The notes under the pieces are model-generated. The model had not been told where the DNA came from. It saw only the letters and a list, made by a program, of their open reading frames with translations, and made no database searches. The position numbers and the translations under genes were made by a program. A DNA stretch of 64,000 nucleotides, taken from Candidatus Moraniibacteriota bacterium. Lineage in GTDB: Bacteria > Patescibacteriota > Minisyncoccia > Moranbacterales > UBA1568. The stretch's first letter is position 1, and every line of letters starts with the position of its first letter. Below, piece after piece: positions 17,921 through 26,581 of the stretch. The stretch covers positions 208,627-272,626 of the forward strand of contig JAQTYF010000001.1 of the NCBI GenBank assembly GCA_028688415.1, written 5' to 3'.

Positions 17921-18835
17921 ATGGCACTATTCAAGATCAGCGGCTCTGTCGTCAAGAAGATAATCGTAAAGGATGCAGATTTAGAAAAAAATCTACAATC
18001 TCTATTTGAACAAAACTTAGAAGAGATCTTGAATATTAATTTTCTTGCTCATGAATATTCCACGAGTTTTGGTGGAAGAATGGATACTTTGGGTATAGAC
18101 AAAAATGGCTCACCCTGCATTATCGAGTATAAGAAAAGTCAGAACGATAATGTTATCAATCAAGGTCTTTCATATTTGCGCTGGCTTTTGGATCACAAGG
18201 CTGATTTTGAAATTTTATGCAAAAATAAAAATATCAACATTGATATTGATTGGGATTCACCACGAGTAATTTGTGTTGCGGAAAGTTATAACAAATTTGA
18301 TATAGATACGGCGGATATTTTACCAATCAATATTGAGCTTTTGAGATACAGGATTTATGAAAACGATATTCTTTATCTTGAACCGGAGAGCTACCAAAAA
18401 ATAAAAATTTCTACTTCTGGAATTATCAAGAAATCAAAAAATAACAATAAAGAAAAAACGGAACTTTTGCAAAAAGATTATTCTGTGGAGGATCATTTAA
18501 AAAAGGCTGACCAAAAAACAAATGATCTGTTTCACAAATTACGCGAAAAAATTATTTCCATCGATGAAGAAATAAGAGAGGAACCAAAGAAATTTTATAT
18601 AGCCTACAAGACAGCAACCAACTTCGCCGACTTGATTATCTATAAGAATGAAATCAGAATTACGCTCAATGTAAAAAGCGGAAAATTAATTGATGTATTC
18701 GACATGGCGACAGATTTTACAAAACCCAAGAAAGGCCACTGGGGTAATGGAGACTATGAGGTGAAATTAAGGGAAGAGAAAGATCTTGAGTCAGTTTTTC
18801 TTTTAATCAAGCAAAGTTATGATTTGAATAAGTAG
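17921..18835 (+). CDS. NucS/DUF91-like PD-(D/E)xK nuclease-fold protein (candidate restriction endonuclease)
   Basis: GGRMDTLGIDKNGSPCIIEYKK gives D...(E)YK motifs after an LEEIL...L helix, as in NucS-like nucleases. Stop is 4 nt before the MTase start. Confidence 0.5.
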   Translation: MALFKISGSVVKKIIVKDADLEKNLQSLFEQNLEEILNINFLAHEYSTSFGGRMDTLGIDKNGSPCIIEYKKSQNDNVINQGLSYLRWLLDHKADFEILCKNKNINIDIDWDSPRVICVAESYNKFDIDTADILPINIELLRYRIYENDILYLEPESYQKIKISTSGIIKKSKNNNKEKTELLQKDYSVEDHLKKADQKTNDLFHKLREKIISIDEEIREEPKKFYIAYKTATNFADLIIYKNEIRITLNVKSGKLIDVFDMATDFTKPKKGHWGNGDYEVKLREEKDLESVFLLIKQSYDLNK

Positions 18836-18838
18836 TTT

Positions 18839-19915
18839 ATGGAAAAGAAATCATCATCAAACAACAATTTACATAAGGCCAGCAAGGAAAAAAAGGATGA
18901 GTTTTATACTCAGCTTGTTGATATTGAAAAGGAGCTGAAACACTACAAAAGCCAATTTCGTGGCAAAGTGGTATATTGCAATTGCGACGATCCATTTGAG
19001 AGTAACTTTTTCAAATATTTTGCTAGCAATTTTAAAGAACTTGGATTGAAAAGACTTATCGCTACGAGCTACAAGCCGTCTCCTATTGCCAATACGGAAC
19101 TTGTATTGCAGCCATCCCTTCTTCTCGGTTATGAAGATAAGATTGTGAGACAGCCAGTAGAACCAAAAGGCCGTCCAAAGGTAACGGCAAATAAATTCAT
19201 TATCAACGAGGTTGATGATATAGATGGCGATGGTGCATTTGATTTGCGTGATATTGCCGAACAACTCAAGGTCAATAAAAACAACGAATGGCTACCGCTT
19301 AAAGGCGAGGGGGACTTTAGAAGCAAGGAAAGCATAGAGTTGCTAAAGCAGGCTGATATTGTGGTAACAAACCCACCTTTCTCGCTCTTTCGTGAATATA
19401 TTTCTCAGCTTGTTGAATATAACAAGAAGTTCTTAATTATTGGTAATGTTAATTCAATTACTTACAAAGAATGTTTCAAACTTATAAAGGATAACAAACT
19501 GTGGCTTGGAGCAAGTATTCATAGTGGTGATCGTGAATTTCAAGTACCAGATGATTATCCCTTAAATGCTGCTAGTTCTAGGATTGATAGTGATGGAAAA
19601 AAATATATTCGTGTCAAAGGCGTACGTTGGTTTACAAATCTAGACTATGAAGAGCGCCATGAAAATTTAGTATTGTACAAAACATATATCCCAAAAGAAT
19701 ATCCCAAATATGATAATTATGACGGAATAAACGTTGATAAAACCGCTGATATTCCAGTTGATTACAACGGTGCCATCGGTGTACCGATTACTTTTTTAGA
19801 TAAATACAATCCAGAACAATTTGAGATTGTAAAATTTAGAAAAGGCGACAATGATAAGGATTTAGTAATAAATGGGAAATCGCCGTATTTTAGAATAATA
19901 ATAAAGAAAAGATAA
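18839..19915 (+). CDS. DNA N6-adenine methyltransferase (NPPF motif)
   Basis: Motif IV IVVTNPPF. Size ~358 aa. Translationally coupled to flanking nuclease genes. Confidence 0.7.
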   Translation: MEKKSSSNNNLHKASKEKKDEFYTQLVDIEKELKHYKSQFRGKVVYCNCDDPFESNFFKYFASNFKELGLKRLIATSYKPSPIANTELVLQPSLLLGYEDKIVRQPVEPKGRPKVTANKFIINEVDDIDGDGAFDLRDIAEQLKVNKNNEWLPLKGEGDFRSKESIELLKQADIVVTNPPFSLFREYISQLVEYNKKFLIIGNVNSITYKECFKLIKDNKLWLGASIHSGDREFQVPDDYPLNAASSRIDSDGKKYIRVKGVRWFTNLDYEERHENLVLYKTYIPKEYPKYDNYDGINVDKTADIPVDYNGAIGVPITFLDKYNPEQFEIVKFRKGDNDKDLVINGKSPYFRIIIKKR

Positions 19916-19916
19916 T

Positions 19917-21020
19917 ATGAAAATTGATCTACACAGAATCAAAGTACGCGAAGTGATCGACGGCTACAAAGACAGCGCCGAAGAAGGTGTTGTTGCGTAT
20001 GGTGGCAAGCTCGATGTTCGCCCCAAGTATCAACGTGAATTCGTCTATAAAGACAAACAACGTGATGCGGTCATTGATACAGTCAAGAAAGGATTTCCGC
20101 TCAATGTGATGTATTGGGTAAAGACTGGTGCGGACAGTTTTGAGGTGCTGGATGGACAACAAAGAACAATTAGTATCGGACAATATGCAAATGGTGATTT
20201 CTCGGTGGACTTTAACGGTCGTACGGCCATGTTCCATAATCTCACCAAGGAGGAAAAAGACCAGATCCTTGATTATGAATTGATGGTTTATTTCTGCGAG
20301 GGTACTGATAAGGAAAAACTTGATTGGTTTAAAATTATCAACATTGCTGGTGAAAAATTGACTGACCAAGAGCTACGCAATGCCGTTTATACTGGCTCGT
20401 GGCTTTCTGACGTAAAACTCAAATTCAGTAAATCAAATTGCGCCGCGTATCTTTTGGCGAATGACGGCGGTGCATTGCTTACCGGTTCACCGATACGCCA
20501 AGAATATTTGGAAACTGCGCTCTCGTGGATAAATAACGGCGAAGTAGCGGAATACATGGCAAAGCATCAGCACGACAAAAACGCTAATGAATTGTGGGAG
20601 TATTTTCAAAATGTTATTGCATGGGTGCGCAAAGCATTCCCTAATCACCGCAAAGAAATGGCGAATGTGAATTGGGGCGAGCTGTACAACCAGTTCGAAG
20701 ATGAGAAATTGGACGCCAAAAAACTAGAAGCCGAAGTTACAAAGTTGATGCAGGACGAAGACGTAACGAAAAAATCTGGTATCTACCCCTATCTTCTCAC
20801 GAGTCAAGAAAGACATCTCTCAATACGCGCCTTTAACGACAAGATGAAGCGCGAAGCTTACGAGCGACAGAAAGGTGTTTGCGTAAAGTGTAGGAAAGAG
20901 TTTGCACTCGAAGAAATGGAAGCCGATCACATTACCCCTTGGCACGAGGGTGGTAAAACGACTGCGAAAAATTGTCAGATGTTGTGCAAACAAGATAACC
21001 GCACTAAATCTGGGAAATAA
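19917..21020 (+). CDS. DUF262 (ParB/Srx-like, DGQQR motif) + C-terminal HNH endonuclease
   Basis: EVLDGQQRTISIGQY DUF262 motif. C-terminal CVKCRKEF...ADHITPWHEGGKT...NCQMLCKQDNRTKS HNH motif. GmrSD-like architecture. Confidence 0.8.
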   Translation: MKIDLHRIKVREVIDGYKDSAEEGVVAYGGKLDVRPKYQREFVYKDKQRDAVIDTVKKGFPLNVMYWVKTGADSFEVLDGQQRTISIGQYANGDFSVDFNGRTAMFHNLTKEEKDQILDYELMVYFCEGTDKEKLDWFKIINIAGEKLTDQELRNAVYTGSWLSDVKLKFSKSNCAAYLLANDGGALLTGSPIRQEYLETALSWINNGEVAEYMAKHQHDKNANELWEYFQNVIAWVRKAFPNHRKEMANVNWGELYNQFEDEKLDAKKLEAEVTKLMQDEDVTKKSGIYPYLLTSQERHLSIRAFNDKMKREAYERQKGVCVKCRKEFALEEMEADHITPWHEGGKTTAKNCQMLCKQDNRTKSGK

Positions 21021-21025
21021 GAGAA

Positions 21026-22219
21026 ATGACAACTCAAAATACAACTGATGGTGGATACTACGCAATAAAAGGATTTGCTTATCAAATAGACAAAGCTATT
21101 TTAGAGCTTTTAAATACTGACGATAATAATGCAAATATAAATATTGAGCAAATCCAAGACATTGACTCAAATAGTTATGTTATACAAGTTAAGTATAAAG
21201 AAAATGCAAAATTAGTGCCTTCACAAGTTAATAAACCAATATCTCAACTTATCGAGGAATTTAAAAAAGATAATAAAAAAAGTTATATCTTATATGTCTT
21301 TTTTTCGGATTTAAATGGATATGCTGATAAGGTTGATAAAGATAAAAAAATTTCAAAAGAAACATTGGACGAGCTTTTGGGAACTCAAAAAGATATATTC
21401 ACAAATCAGGAAAAAAAGAATTTTGCTAATAATTTTTACTTATTTCTTTCTCCTGAATTTCAAGCCCAATTCAATAGTATAATTTTAAAATTAAAAGAAG
21501 CAGGATTTGGAGATACTGATGAAGAGACAATATTTTACTATGCAAATATTTCGGACTATCTTTATAAAAAAGTTTGTAATAATTCAATAGCACAAGTCCG
21601 GAAGAGAACCTGTACTCAAAAAGAAATTTTTGATTATTTAAAAAATGGTAAAAAGTTAATTTCAAACTCTTCTTTTAGAGAGTATCAAGGAGATCAAAAA
21701 TACTTTAATTTTAATAAGAAACAATTCTTTAGTCAGAGAAATATTGATTATTTTGAAAGATTTATTGTAGTGGAATTGAACGGAGATGAAGACGTGGCGG
21801 AACTAAAGGAAATCTTATATAAAATAAAAAATAAATTCTACAACATTTCAGGGGATTGGACTTTTAAAAGAATAAAATCTCCCGCACCATACGTATTCCT
21901 AAAAAATATCTCGGAAGAAAAATTAATATTATTAAAAACCCAAATCTTAAAAGAGGGAATGGTTTTTAAAGATGGTTTTGATTTTCATGGCGCTCTCTTT
22001 TCTTTAACTTCAATAAAAGCAGATTCTACAACTCATAATAACCTTTGTTTGAAATTAATAAACAATGAAGAAAATTTTCAAAGTTTAATTGGTGAAGATT
22101 TTAAGAAAACAAAAGAAGTTTATCAGTTTTATATAAATGAAAGTATACCAATTGAATCTGATATAAAAAATATAAGTATAAAAATTAAAAATATTTTAGA
22201 TATTAAATTTATTCTTTAA
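21026..22219 (+). CDS. divergent DUF4297-like (Cap4-nuclease-like) protein, partner of HerA
   Basis: N-terminal GGYYAIKGFAYQIDKAILELL followed by D...QVK, compatible with the DUF4297 PD-(D/E)xK-like N-domain. 397 aa and immediately upstream of HerA, as in described DUF4297-HerA pairs. Very AT-rich, so assignment from memory is tentative. Confidence 0.45.
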   Translation: MTTQNTTDGGYYAIKGFAYQIDKAILELLNTDDNNANINIEQIQDIDSNSYVIQVKYKENAKLVPSQVNKPISQLIEEFKKDNKKSYILYVFFSDLNGYADKVDKDKKISKETLDELLGTQKDIFTNQEKKNFANNFYLFLSPEFQAQFNSIILKLKEAGFGDTDEETIFYYANISDYLYKKVCNNSIAQVRKRTCTQKEIFDYLKNGKKLISNSSFREYQGDQKYFNFNKKQFFSQRNIDYFERFIVVELNGDEDVAELKEILYKIKNKFYNISGDWTFKRIKSPAPYVFLKNISEEKLILLKTQILKEGMVFKDGFDFHGALFSLTSIKADSTTHNNLCLKLINNEENFQSLIGEDFKKTKEVYQFYINESIPIESDIKNISIKIKNILDIKFIL

Positions 22220-22230
22220 TTTTAAATATT

Positions 22231-24009
22231 ATGACAAGTTCAACAGGTGAAAAACTTGCTTTTGTGACCTCTGTATTTCCAAATAAAGTAAGAATTGAAG
22301 TCGTAAACCTAACAGCTTTCAAAGCCAATATTGATGACGCTCTGGGAGATTTGAAGATAGGCTCTTATCTTGAAATTTCCGATAATGATGGCTGTAGGCT
22401 GATAGCTATAATTGAAAGCTATCAAATAGAATTAAAAGAAAGAATTATTGAAAACGAACAAGGCGGAAAAGAAAAAGAAATTTACAATGCTTATGTTTTA
22501 GAGGCTAGTCCTCTTGGAACGATAAAGGATGGAAAATTTATAAGAGGTGGCGATGCATTGACCATTCCACCAACAGAAGTAAGGCCTGCTAACGCAGCCG
22601 ATATTAAACTTATTTATGAGACAGGTTTCGATGTCGCAGAAAAATTCTGTTTTGCAAAACTATCACAAGATGAAAACATATGTGTCCCCGTGAATGGAAA
22701 CAAATTTTTTAATAAACATTTTGCGGTGGTCGGTTCAAGTGGTTCTGGAAAATCACACACTATAGCAAAAATTTTACAAAATACTATTGATATAGAAAAA
22801 GGAACAAGAGCTTTTGATTTAAACAATTCACACATTATAATTTTCGATATTCACAATGAGTATAAAACAGCTTTCCCGGATGCAAATTTTTTGAACGTTG
22901 AAAATCTTATTTTGCCGTACTGGCTTTTGAATAGTGAGGAGCTAGAGGAATTATTTTTAGACACTGAAGCAAATGATCATAATCAAAGAAATATATTTAA
23001 GGAAGCAATTATAAATGAAAAAATTTCAAATGTAGTTAAAATGGAAAATGAAGATGCTACCGAATTTGAAAAAAGAAAGCAAAAAATTCACTATGACTCA
23101 CCAGTGCTATTTGATATTGGAAAAGTTTTAGAGATAGCAAATAATAAAAATGATGAAATGATAGATACTGGTGAAGTATATGCAAGTGGTGCAAAAAAAG
23201 GACAACCAAAAATGAATCAAGGATCTCTATTCGGTAAATTAACTAATTTTGTGAGTAGACTAGAAAATAAAGTTAACGATAAAAGATTTGATTTTTTACT
23301 AGGAGACAATTCCAAAGCTGTGTCATTTGAAGATACAATCAAACAATTTGTCGGCTATAATAAGCGTAAGAAAAAAAATGAGAGCGGAGAGGAAGTAGAA
23401 ATAGACAAATCAAACGTCACCATAATTGATTTAAGTGGGGTGCCCTTTGAAGTATTAAGTATTACCGTGTCCCTAATTTCCAGAATTTTGTTTGATTATG
23501 GTTATTTTTATAAAAAATACTTAAACGACGGAGTTGATTTAGAAACACCCCTTTTACTGGTCTATGAAGAAGCTCATAAATACGTACCAAAAAGTGATTC
23601 TGAAAAATTTAAAGCGTCAAGAAATGCAATTGAAAGAATTGCAAAGGAGGGTAGAAAATATGGTGTTACATTGGGCATAGTGAGTCAGAGACCATCAGAG
23701 ATATCAGAAACAATATTTTCTCAGTGTAATAATTTTATTGCTATGAGATTAACCAATCCAAGTGATCAAAACTACGTAAGAAGGCTATTACCAGATACCT
23801 TGGGAAATCTAATTGAAGCCCTTCCATCCTTACAGTCGGGTGAAGGATTGCTTTTAGGTGAAGCAGTAGCGATGCCATCTTTAGTAAAAATTGATAAATG
23901 TGAAGCTGATAAACAACCCTCTTCTAATGATGTGAAATATTTAGAAATTTGGAAGGATGAATGGAAAGATGTGAATTTTGAAAATATAATAGCAGAATGG
24001 AAAAAATAA
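22231..24009 (+). CDS. HerA-family (FtsK/HerA-type) ATPase/helicase
   Basis: Walker A VVGSSGSGKSHT, Walker B LLLVYEEAHKY, the typical HerA N-terminal barrel region, ~590 aa. Confidence 0.8.
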   Translation: MTSSTGEKLAFVTSVFPNKVRIEVVNLTAFKANIDDALGDLKIGSYLEISDNDGCRLIAIIESYQIELKERIIENEQGGKEKEIYNAYVLEASPLGTIKDGKFIRGGDALTIPPTEVRPANAADIKLIYETGFDVAEKFCFAKLSQDENICVPVNGNKFFNKHFAVVGSSGSGKSHTIAKILQNTIDIEKGTRAFDLNNSHIIIFDIHNEYKTAFPDANFLNVENLILPYWLLNSEELEELFLDTEANDHNQRNIFKEAIINEKISNVVKMENEDATEFEKRKQKIHYDSPVLFDIGKVLEIANNKNDEMIDTGEVYASGAKKGQPKMNQGSLFGKLTNFVSRLENKVNDKRFDFLLGDNSKAVSFEDTIKQFVGYNKRKKKNESGEEVEIDKSNVTIIDLSGVPFEVLSITVSLISRILFDYGYFYKKYLNDGVDLETPLLLVYEEAHKYVPKSDSEKFKASRNAIERIAKEGRKYGVTLGIVSQRPSEISETIFSQCNNFIAMRLTNPSDQNYVRRLLPDTLGNLIEALPSLQSGEGLLLGEAVAMPSLVKIDKCEADKQPSSNDVKYLEIWKDEWKDVNFENIIAEWKK

Positions 24010-24048
24010 AAGATTTGGAAATGTAAAATTAACTTAGATGAATCATTA

Positions 24049-24132
24049 TGAATGCAATTATATGTCCACACTGCAAGAAAGCTTTTAAGGTCGATGAGGC
24101 GGGATTTGCCGATATTGATGAATGGACAAGTT
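24049..24132 (+). pseudogene. 27-aa zinc-ribbon ORF resembling the N-terminus of DUF2130-family proteins (possible gene remnant)
   Basis: MNAIICPHCKKAFKVDEAGFADIDEWTSYR then stop. DUF2130 proteins start with a similar CPxC..F.VDE.GYA motif but are ~400 aa. Confidence 0.3.
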
Positions 24133-24835
24133 ACCGTTAAATATAACAAATATGGATCCACTCAAAACAAATGGTTTAATAATACAGAATTTTCCACAAG
24201 AGAAATATGAATCTATTCACCATATTTTGAGTAGCAAATATGCAGAAAAGAAAGAGTATGAACATTTTTCAGGAGCGTGGAATGCTACAGCTTATCGATA
24301 CAAAGCTACAATTGACCATGGAAGTGACTTCATCAAATTATTAAAATTATATGGAACGGCACCACAGCCAGAAAAAAGATATTTACAAGAACAAGCGCTT
24401 TTTAATCATTTCAGTTCGTGCTTTTCAGTTTTTGAATCAATGTGTTATGGATTTTATGCGATAGGATCAATTGTTAGTCCAGAATTTTTTTCTATTAACG
24501 ACACAGCAGATCAACGAAAAATATCTCCAGAAACAACAAAAAGAACTTTTCAAAAGGCATTTCCTGATGAACAAATCACTAAAACATTAATTGAGTTAAT
24601 TGCCGATTCAGAATTTGAAAATATTAGAAATACTAGGAATATTCTTACTCATCGAACAGCACCAGGAAGAAAGATTTATCTACACATAGGAGAAGATGAA
24701 TCACTCCCAACAGAATGGAAATTGAACAATAAACCCTTAAATGAATTGATAGTCAAATCAAACGAGGATAATATGAAAAGGCTTTTAAATAATTTACTAA
24801 CTGCAGGAGAAATGTTTTGCATATCACATTTATAA
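24122..24835 (+). CDS. hypothetical protein (237 aa)
   Basis: ORF in defense-island context; no domain recognised. Confidence 0.45.
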   Translation: MDKLPLNITNMDPLKTNGLIIQNFPQEKYESIHHILSSKYAEKKEYEHFSGAWNATAYRYKATIDHGSDFIKLLKLYGTAPQPEKRYLQEQALFNHFSSCFSVFESMCYGFYAIGSIVSPEFFSINDTADQRKISPETTKRTFQKAFPDEQITKTLIELIADSEFENIRNTRNILTHRTAPGRKIYLHIGEDESLPTEWKLNNKPLNELIVKSNEDNMKRLLNNLLTAGEMFCISHL

Positions 24836-24839
24836 TTAT

Positions 24840-25805
24840 ATGGCACGTAAAAATATTTTAAAAATACCAGCTAAGATAAAGAAGCAAATAGAAACATTTA
24901 GTCAGGATGATGTTGTTGTGGCTTGTGTAAAATATATTCCAAATGAAGAAATTCATAAATACAAACACTTAAACATGCGCTATATCAACGGCGAGCTAGT
25001 TCTTCCACCTTCAAAAACTCCAAATCACAATACCGGAAAATTTTCTCGGGCAAACCTAGAAGGTTTGGAGAAAAAAAGAACTGATTTACCAAAAATCTCA
25101 AAAGAATTTAGCTCTGAAGCTCCAAATTGGAATGGAAATGGCACACATGCTGTTTCTTATTCGCGGGATGTATATCAAAAGGATTTCTACCCACCCAAAG
25201 AAGTTGAATTAAAAATTGAGCAAATAGAAAAAAGAGAACATGGTTTCAAAATAAAATTTTTAATTGATCAAGTAATTAATCGAAATACTCTAAATTTTGA
25301 AAAAGAATTATTATATAACTTAAATTTATTACAAGAAAACGTTGGAATGATAGATGTCTTTCCGAGCATTGCAACTTTGGCAGATTATGCAAAAACCGTT
25401 TATATTGATTGGGAAATATTACCACCAGGAACTGTTGATGAGATTGTAGAGGCTTTGTTAAAAAACCAAAAAACAGGAAGTATTACTCCGGATCAAGTAA
25501 AAGTAATGCGGGAAAGAATAGGTGTCATGTCAAAATTGAAGCCCGTTGTGTATATAAAAGGGACAAGTGGTTTTTTAAGATATTTTGGGGCAAAGTTCGG
25601 AGACGATTTTGTTGTTTTTGAAAATATAAAATATGGAAACGCCCTGTATGTAATGTATGATTTATGGGTGGAGCTAAGTAAAAAAAGTAGGACAGAATTA
25701 CTAAATGGATCAAGAGAAGATTTTGAACGCATAGAGCATAGAGATGGATGGGGAGATGTTTTACAAAAATTTGTCAGAGAATATAGGCGTAAAAATAAAA
25801 ATTAA
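24840..25805 (+). CDS. hypothetical protein (321 aa)
   Basis: Starts 4 nt after the preceding ORF; no domain recognised. Confidence 0.45.
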   Translation: MARKNILKIPAKIKKQIETFSQDDVVVACVKYIPNEEIHKYKHLNMRYINGELVLPPSKTPNHNTGKFSRANLEGLEKKRTDLPKISKEFSSEAPNWNGNGTHAVSYSRDVYQKDFYPPKEVELKIEQIEKREHGFKIKFLIDQVINRNTLNFEKELLYNLNLLQENVGMIDVFPSIATLADYAKTVYIDWEILPPGTVDEIVEALLKNQKTGSITPDQVKVMRERIGVMSKLKPVVYIKGTSGFLRYFGAKFGDDFVVFENIKYGNALYVMYDLWVELSKKSRTELLNGSREDFERIEHRDGWGDVLQKFVREYRRKNKN

Positions 25806-25897
25806 ACTATGAATGAAGAGACATTTGAAAAAAGAGGAGAAAAGCTTAATATTAAATAGTCCCGCCGTCCCGCCGAAAATTTTTGGGGGCGAAGCCC

Positions 25898-25954
25898 AAG
25901 CAGGCGGGCAAAAAGGAAGGGGGTTGGGGGGAAGGAATTTTTGCCCGCTTGCTT
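25898..25954. other. 17-bp imperfect stem-loop with a G-tract-rich 23-nt loop
   Basis: AAGCAGGCGGGCAAAAA ... TTTTTGCCCGCTTGCTT with loop GGAAGGGGGTTGGGGGGAAGGAA, in a GC-rich pocket of the AT-rich island. Confidence 0.4.
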
Positions 25955-25992
25955 CCGTTCCTGTTCCGTTTGAGAAAAGGAAAAGTGGATAA

Positions 25993-26265
25993 ATGTCTTT
26001 TTTGAAGAAAATATTTTTTAGATTTGATTATTGCAATATAAAGCATGGGGCTGATTTGTTTTCACTCATCCACAAACATATGGCGAACGTAAGTAGTGAG
26101 TTTATCTTAGAACTTCAAACAATTATCAAGGAAGACTACGACAAGGAACTGTCTACTGCAGAGGTGTCTCAAATAGCCAATGATCTGGTCTGTTACTTCG
26201 ACCTACTGGGAAAGATATACCATCAGAATATAAACCACTCCCAAGAGCCAGAAACTAGCGCGTAG
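25993..26265 (+). CDS. hypothetical protein (90 aa)
   Basis: ORF only. Confidence 0.3.
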   Translation: MSFLKKIFFRFDYCNIKHGADLFSLIHKHMANVSSEFILELQTIIKEDYDKELSTAEVSQIANDLVCYFDLLGKIYHQNINHSQEPETSA

Positions 26266-26380
26266 CAAGCTTCTCTATCCGAAGTAATATCAATTCAAGT
26301 CCCTTCCTCTTTTCAATCAAATGTGCAAGAATTGAAGGGTAAAATCCGTTCACAACCGCATCCCTCCACCCCAGCATTGA

Positions 26381-26412
26381 ACAAAAATACATCCTTTACT
26401 AGGATGTATTTT
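26381..26412. terminator. perfect 12-bp stem hairpin flanked by A/T runs
   Basis: AAAAATACATCC tttacta GGATGTATTTTT immediately after the right-hand att repeat. Confidence 0.45.
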
Positions 26413-26581
26413 TGTTTTAATATAGGTGCCAGGAGTCGAAGTTTATGCCCTTTAGGGTAAATCCTAGCACCTCAGCCACGAAAAGTGGCTTCGCCACCTC
26501 GTGGCCTTAGGCCAATAAAATGGCTTTTCAGGCCTCTTAAAGTGAGCAGTGAGTATTCCTAGTACCTCAGAAAAAAAATTT

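Larger units (their letters stand above)
12878..26379. mobile_element. integrated element (~13.5 kb) at the tRNA-Gln 3' end, carrying a defense island
   Basis: 13-bp exact direct repeat CACCCCAGCATTG at 12878-12890 (tRNA 3' end) and 26367-26379. Also: a large serine recombinase abutting the tRNA, an excisionase-family HTH, a replication-like module, and lower GC than the flanks. Confidence 0.6.
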
